Source of the DNA: an uncultured Clostridia bacterium
GTDB lineage: Bacteria > Bacillota > Clostridia > Oscillospirales > CAG-272
Assembly (NCBI GenBank): GCA_947625265.1
Contig: CANQNM010000001.1
Location: 1 to 56,042, forward strand
DNA: 56,042 bases
Reading direction: 5' to 3'
Below are positions 55,588-56,042 of this stretch, piece by piece. The notes beneath the pieces are model-generated. The model was not told the DNA's origin. It did not search any database and saw only the letters and a program-made list of their open reading frames with translations. The position numbers and the translations under genes were made by a program. Position 1 is the stretch's first letter. The number at the start of each line of letters is the position of its first letter.

Positions 55588-55923
55588 TTATTTCTTTGAA
55601 CTTTTTCCGGCATTCAGTTTGTCCAGTTGCTTATTTTTGAAATAGAGCGCAATGCCAGCCGAAACCATGAGGATATTTACGATATAGAACGCAAAACCAA
55701 GCCATGCGATCCAACTGTCAAAACTGAATGTATGTAGGCACATTTTAATAATTTTGCTGACAATCCCTGTCAGATAGCCGATCCAGATGAAGATCATGAA
55801 CAATACGCTTGTTCCCTTGGCGGTTCTAGCGCGGAGCGCTTTCACGATATTCATCGGCCAGGAAAGACCGAAACAAACGATCATAATCGCTTCAAAGAGT
55901 TCCGCAACATCTCTTGCATTCAT
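55588..55923 (-). CDS. Small 3-TM membrane protein, PQ-loop/SemiSWEET-like
   Basis: The RBS is AAGGAGGA. It has three TM segments, and the GLSWPMNIVKALRARTAKGTS region resembles a PQ-loop. Confidence 0.4.
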   Translation of the reverse strand: MNARDVAELFEAIMIVCFGLSWPMNIVKALRARTAKGTSVLFMIFIWIGYLTGIVSKIIKMCLHTFSFDSWIAWLGFAFYIVNILMVSAGIALYFKNKQLDKLNAGKSSKK

Positions 55924-55941
55924 TTTTGTGTATGTCCTCCT

Positions 55942-56042
55942 TCAATTCAGCAGGCATTTTTCATAAATGCCGGCATTTTTCACTGCTTCCGTCAATGCTT
56001 CTCCAATGCGGTCTGGGGTAGGAGCCACCACTGCTCCGCAAT
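55942..56042 (-). CDS. 3' end of an unidentified gene (5' part outside the window)
   Basis: The frame is open to the window edge and ends ...APTPDRIGEALTEAVKNAGIYEKCLLN*. Its stop lies 18 nt upstream of the next gene's start. Confidence 0.4.
   Translation of the reverse strand, partial: CGAVVAPTPDRIGEALTEAVKNAGIYEKCLLN

Overview
This 56-kb chromosomal segment appears to come from a spore-forming, Clostridia-type Firmicute. The evidence is a spoIIE gene, strong GGAGG-type ribosome binding sites, TTGACA/TATAAT-type promoters, and mid-range GC by eye. All calls rest on manual motif recognition, since no database search was possible.

Housekeeping genes: alaS, an S1-domain protein, recG, murA, an RluA-type pseudouridine synthase, an M18 aminopeptidase, sfsA, a tldD/pmbA pair, spoIIE, and a zur-znuACB zinc uptake locus.

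Glycan-use genes: a GH38 alpha-mannosidase in an apparent operon with a D-lyxose/D-mannose isomerase and a PfkB fructokinase, plus a beta-helix protein and a DUF3472-like protein.

Accessory or unusual content, in window order:
1. A translationally coupled TerB-N/TerB-C protein plus DUF2791-type P-loop ATPase cassette (Shango-like) has no helicase gene. Its TerB-C tail is split off by what looks like a 1-nt indel at a C5 tract.
2. An orphan transcription unit lies divergent from that cassette, with a perfect consensus promoter and an intrinsic terminator.
3. A MITE-like structured repeat is present in three copies.
4. Three tandem paralogous LRR surface-protein genes have homogenised 5' and 3' ends, a conserved 5'-UTR palindrome, and a conserved GEHTA + TM + basic C-terminal tail.
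5. The 42-nt znuA translation-initiation region is triplicated in tandem.
6. Two arrays of the same 14-nt unit (about 11 and 13 copies), in inverted orientation, bracket recG.
7. A 0.8-kb structured region contains no credible gene.
8. A 10-nt x8 phased repeat lies upstream of a CBS gene.
9. A low-GC islet carries a divergent AAG/Mpg-like DNA glycosylase-like gene next to a G11 homopolymer.

I found no rRNA gene, tRNA gene, CRISPR array or intact IS element.
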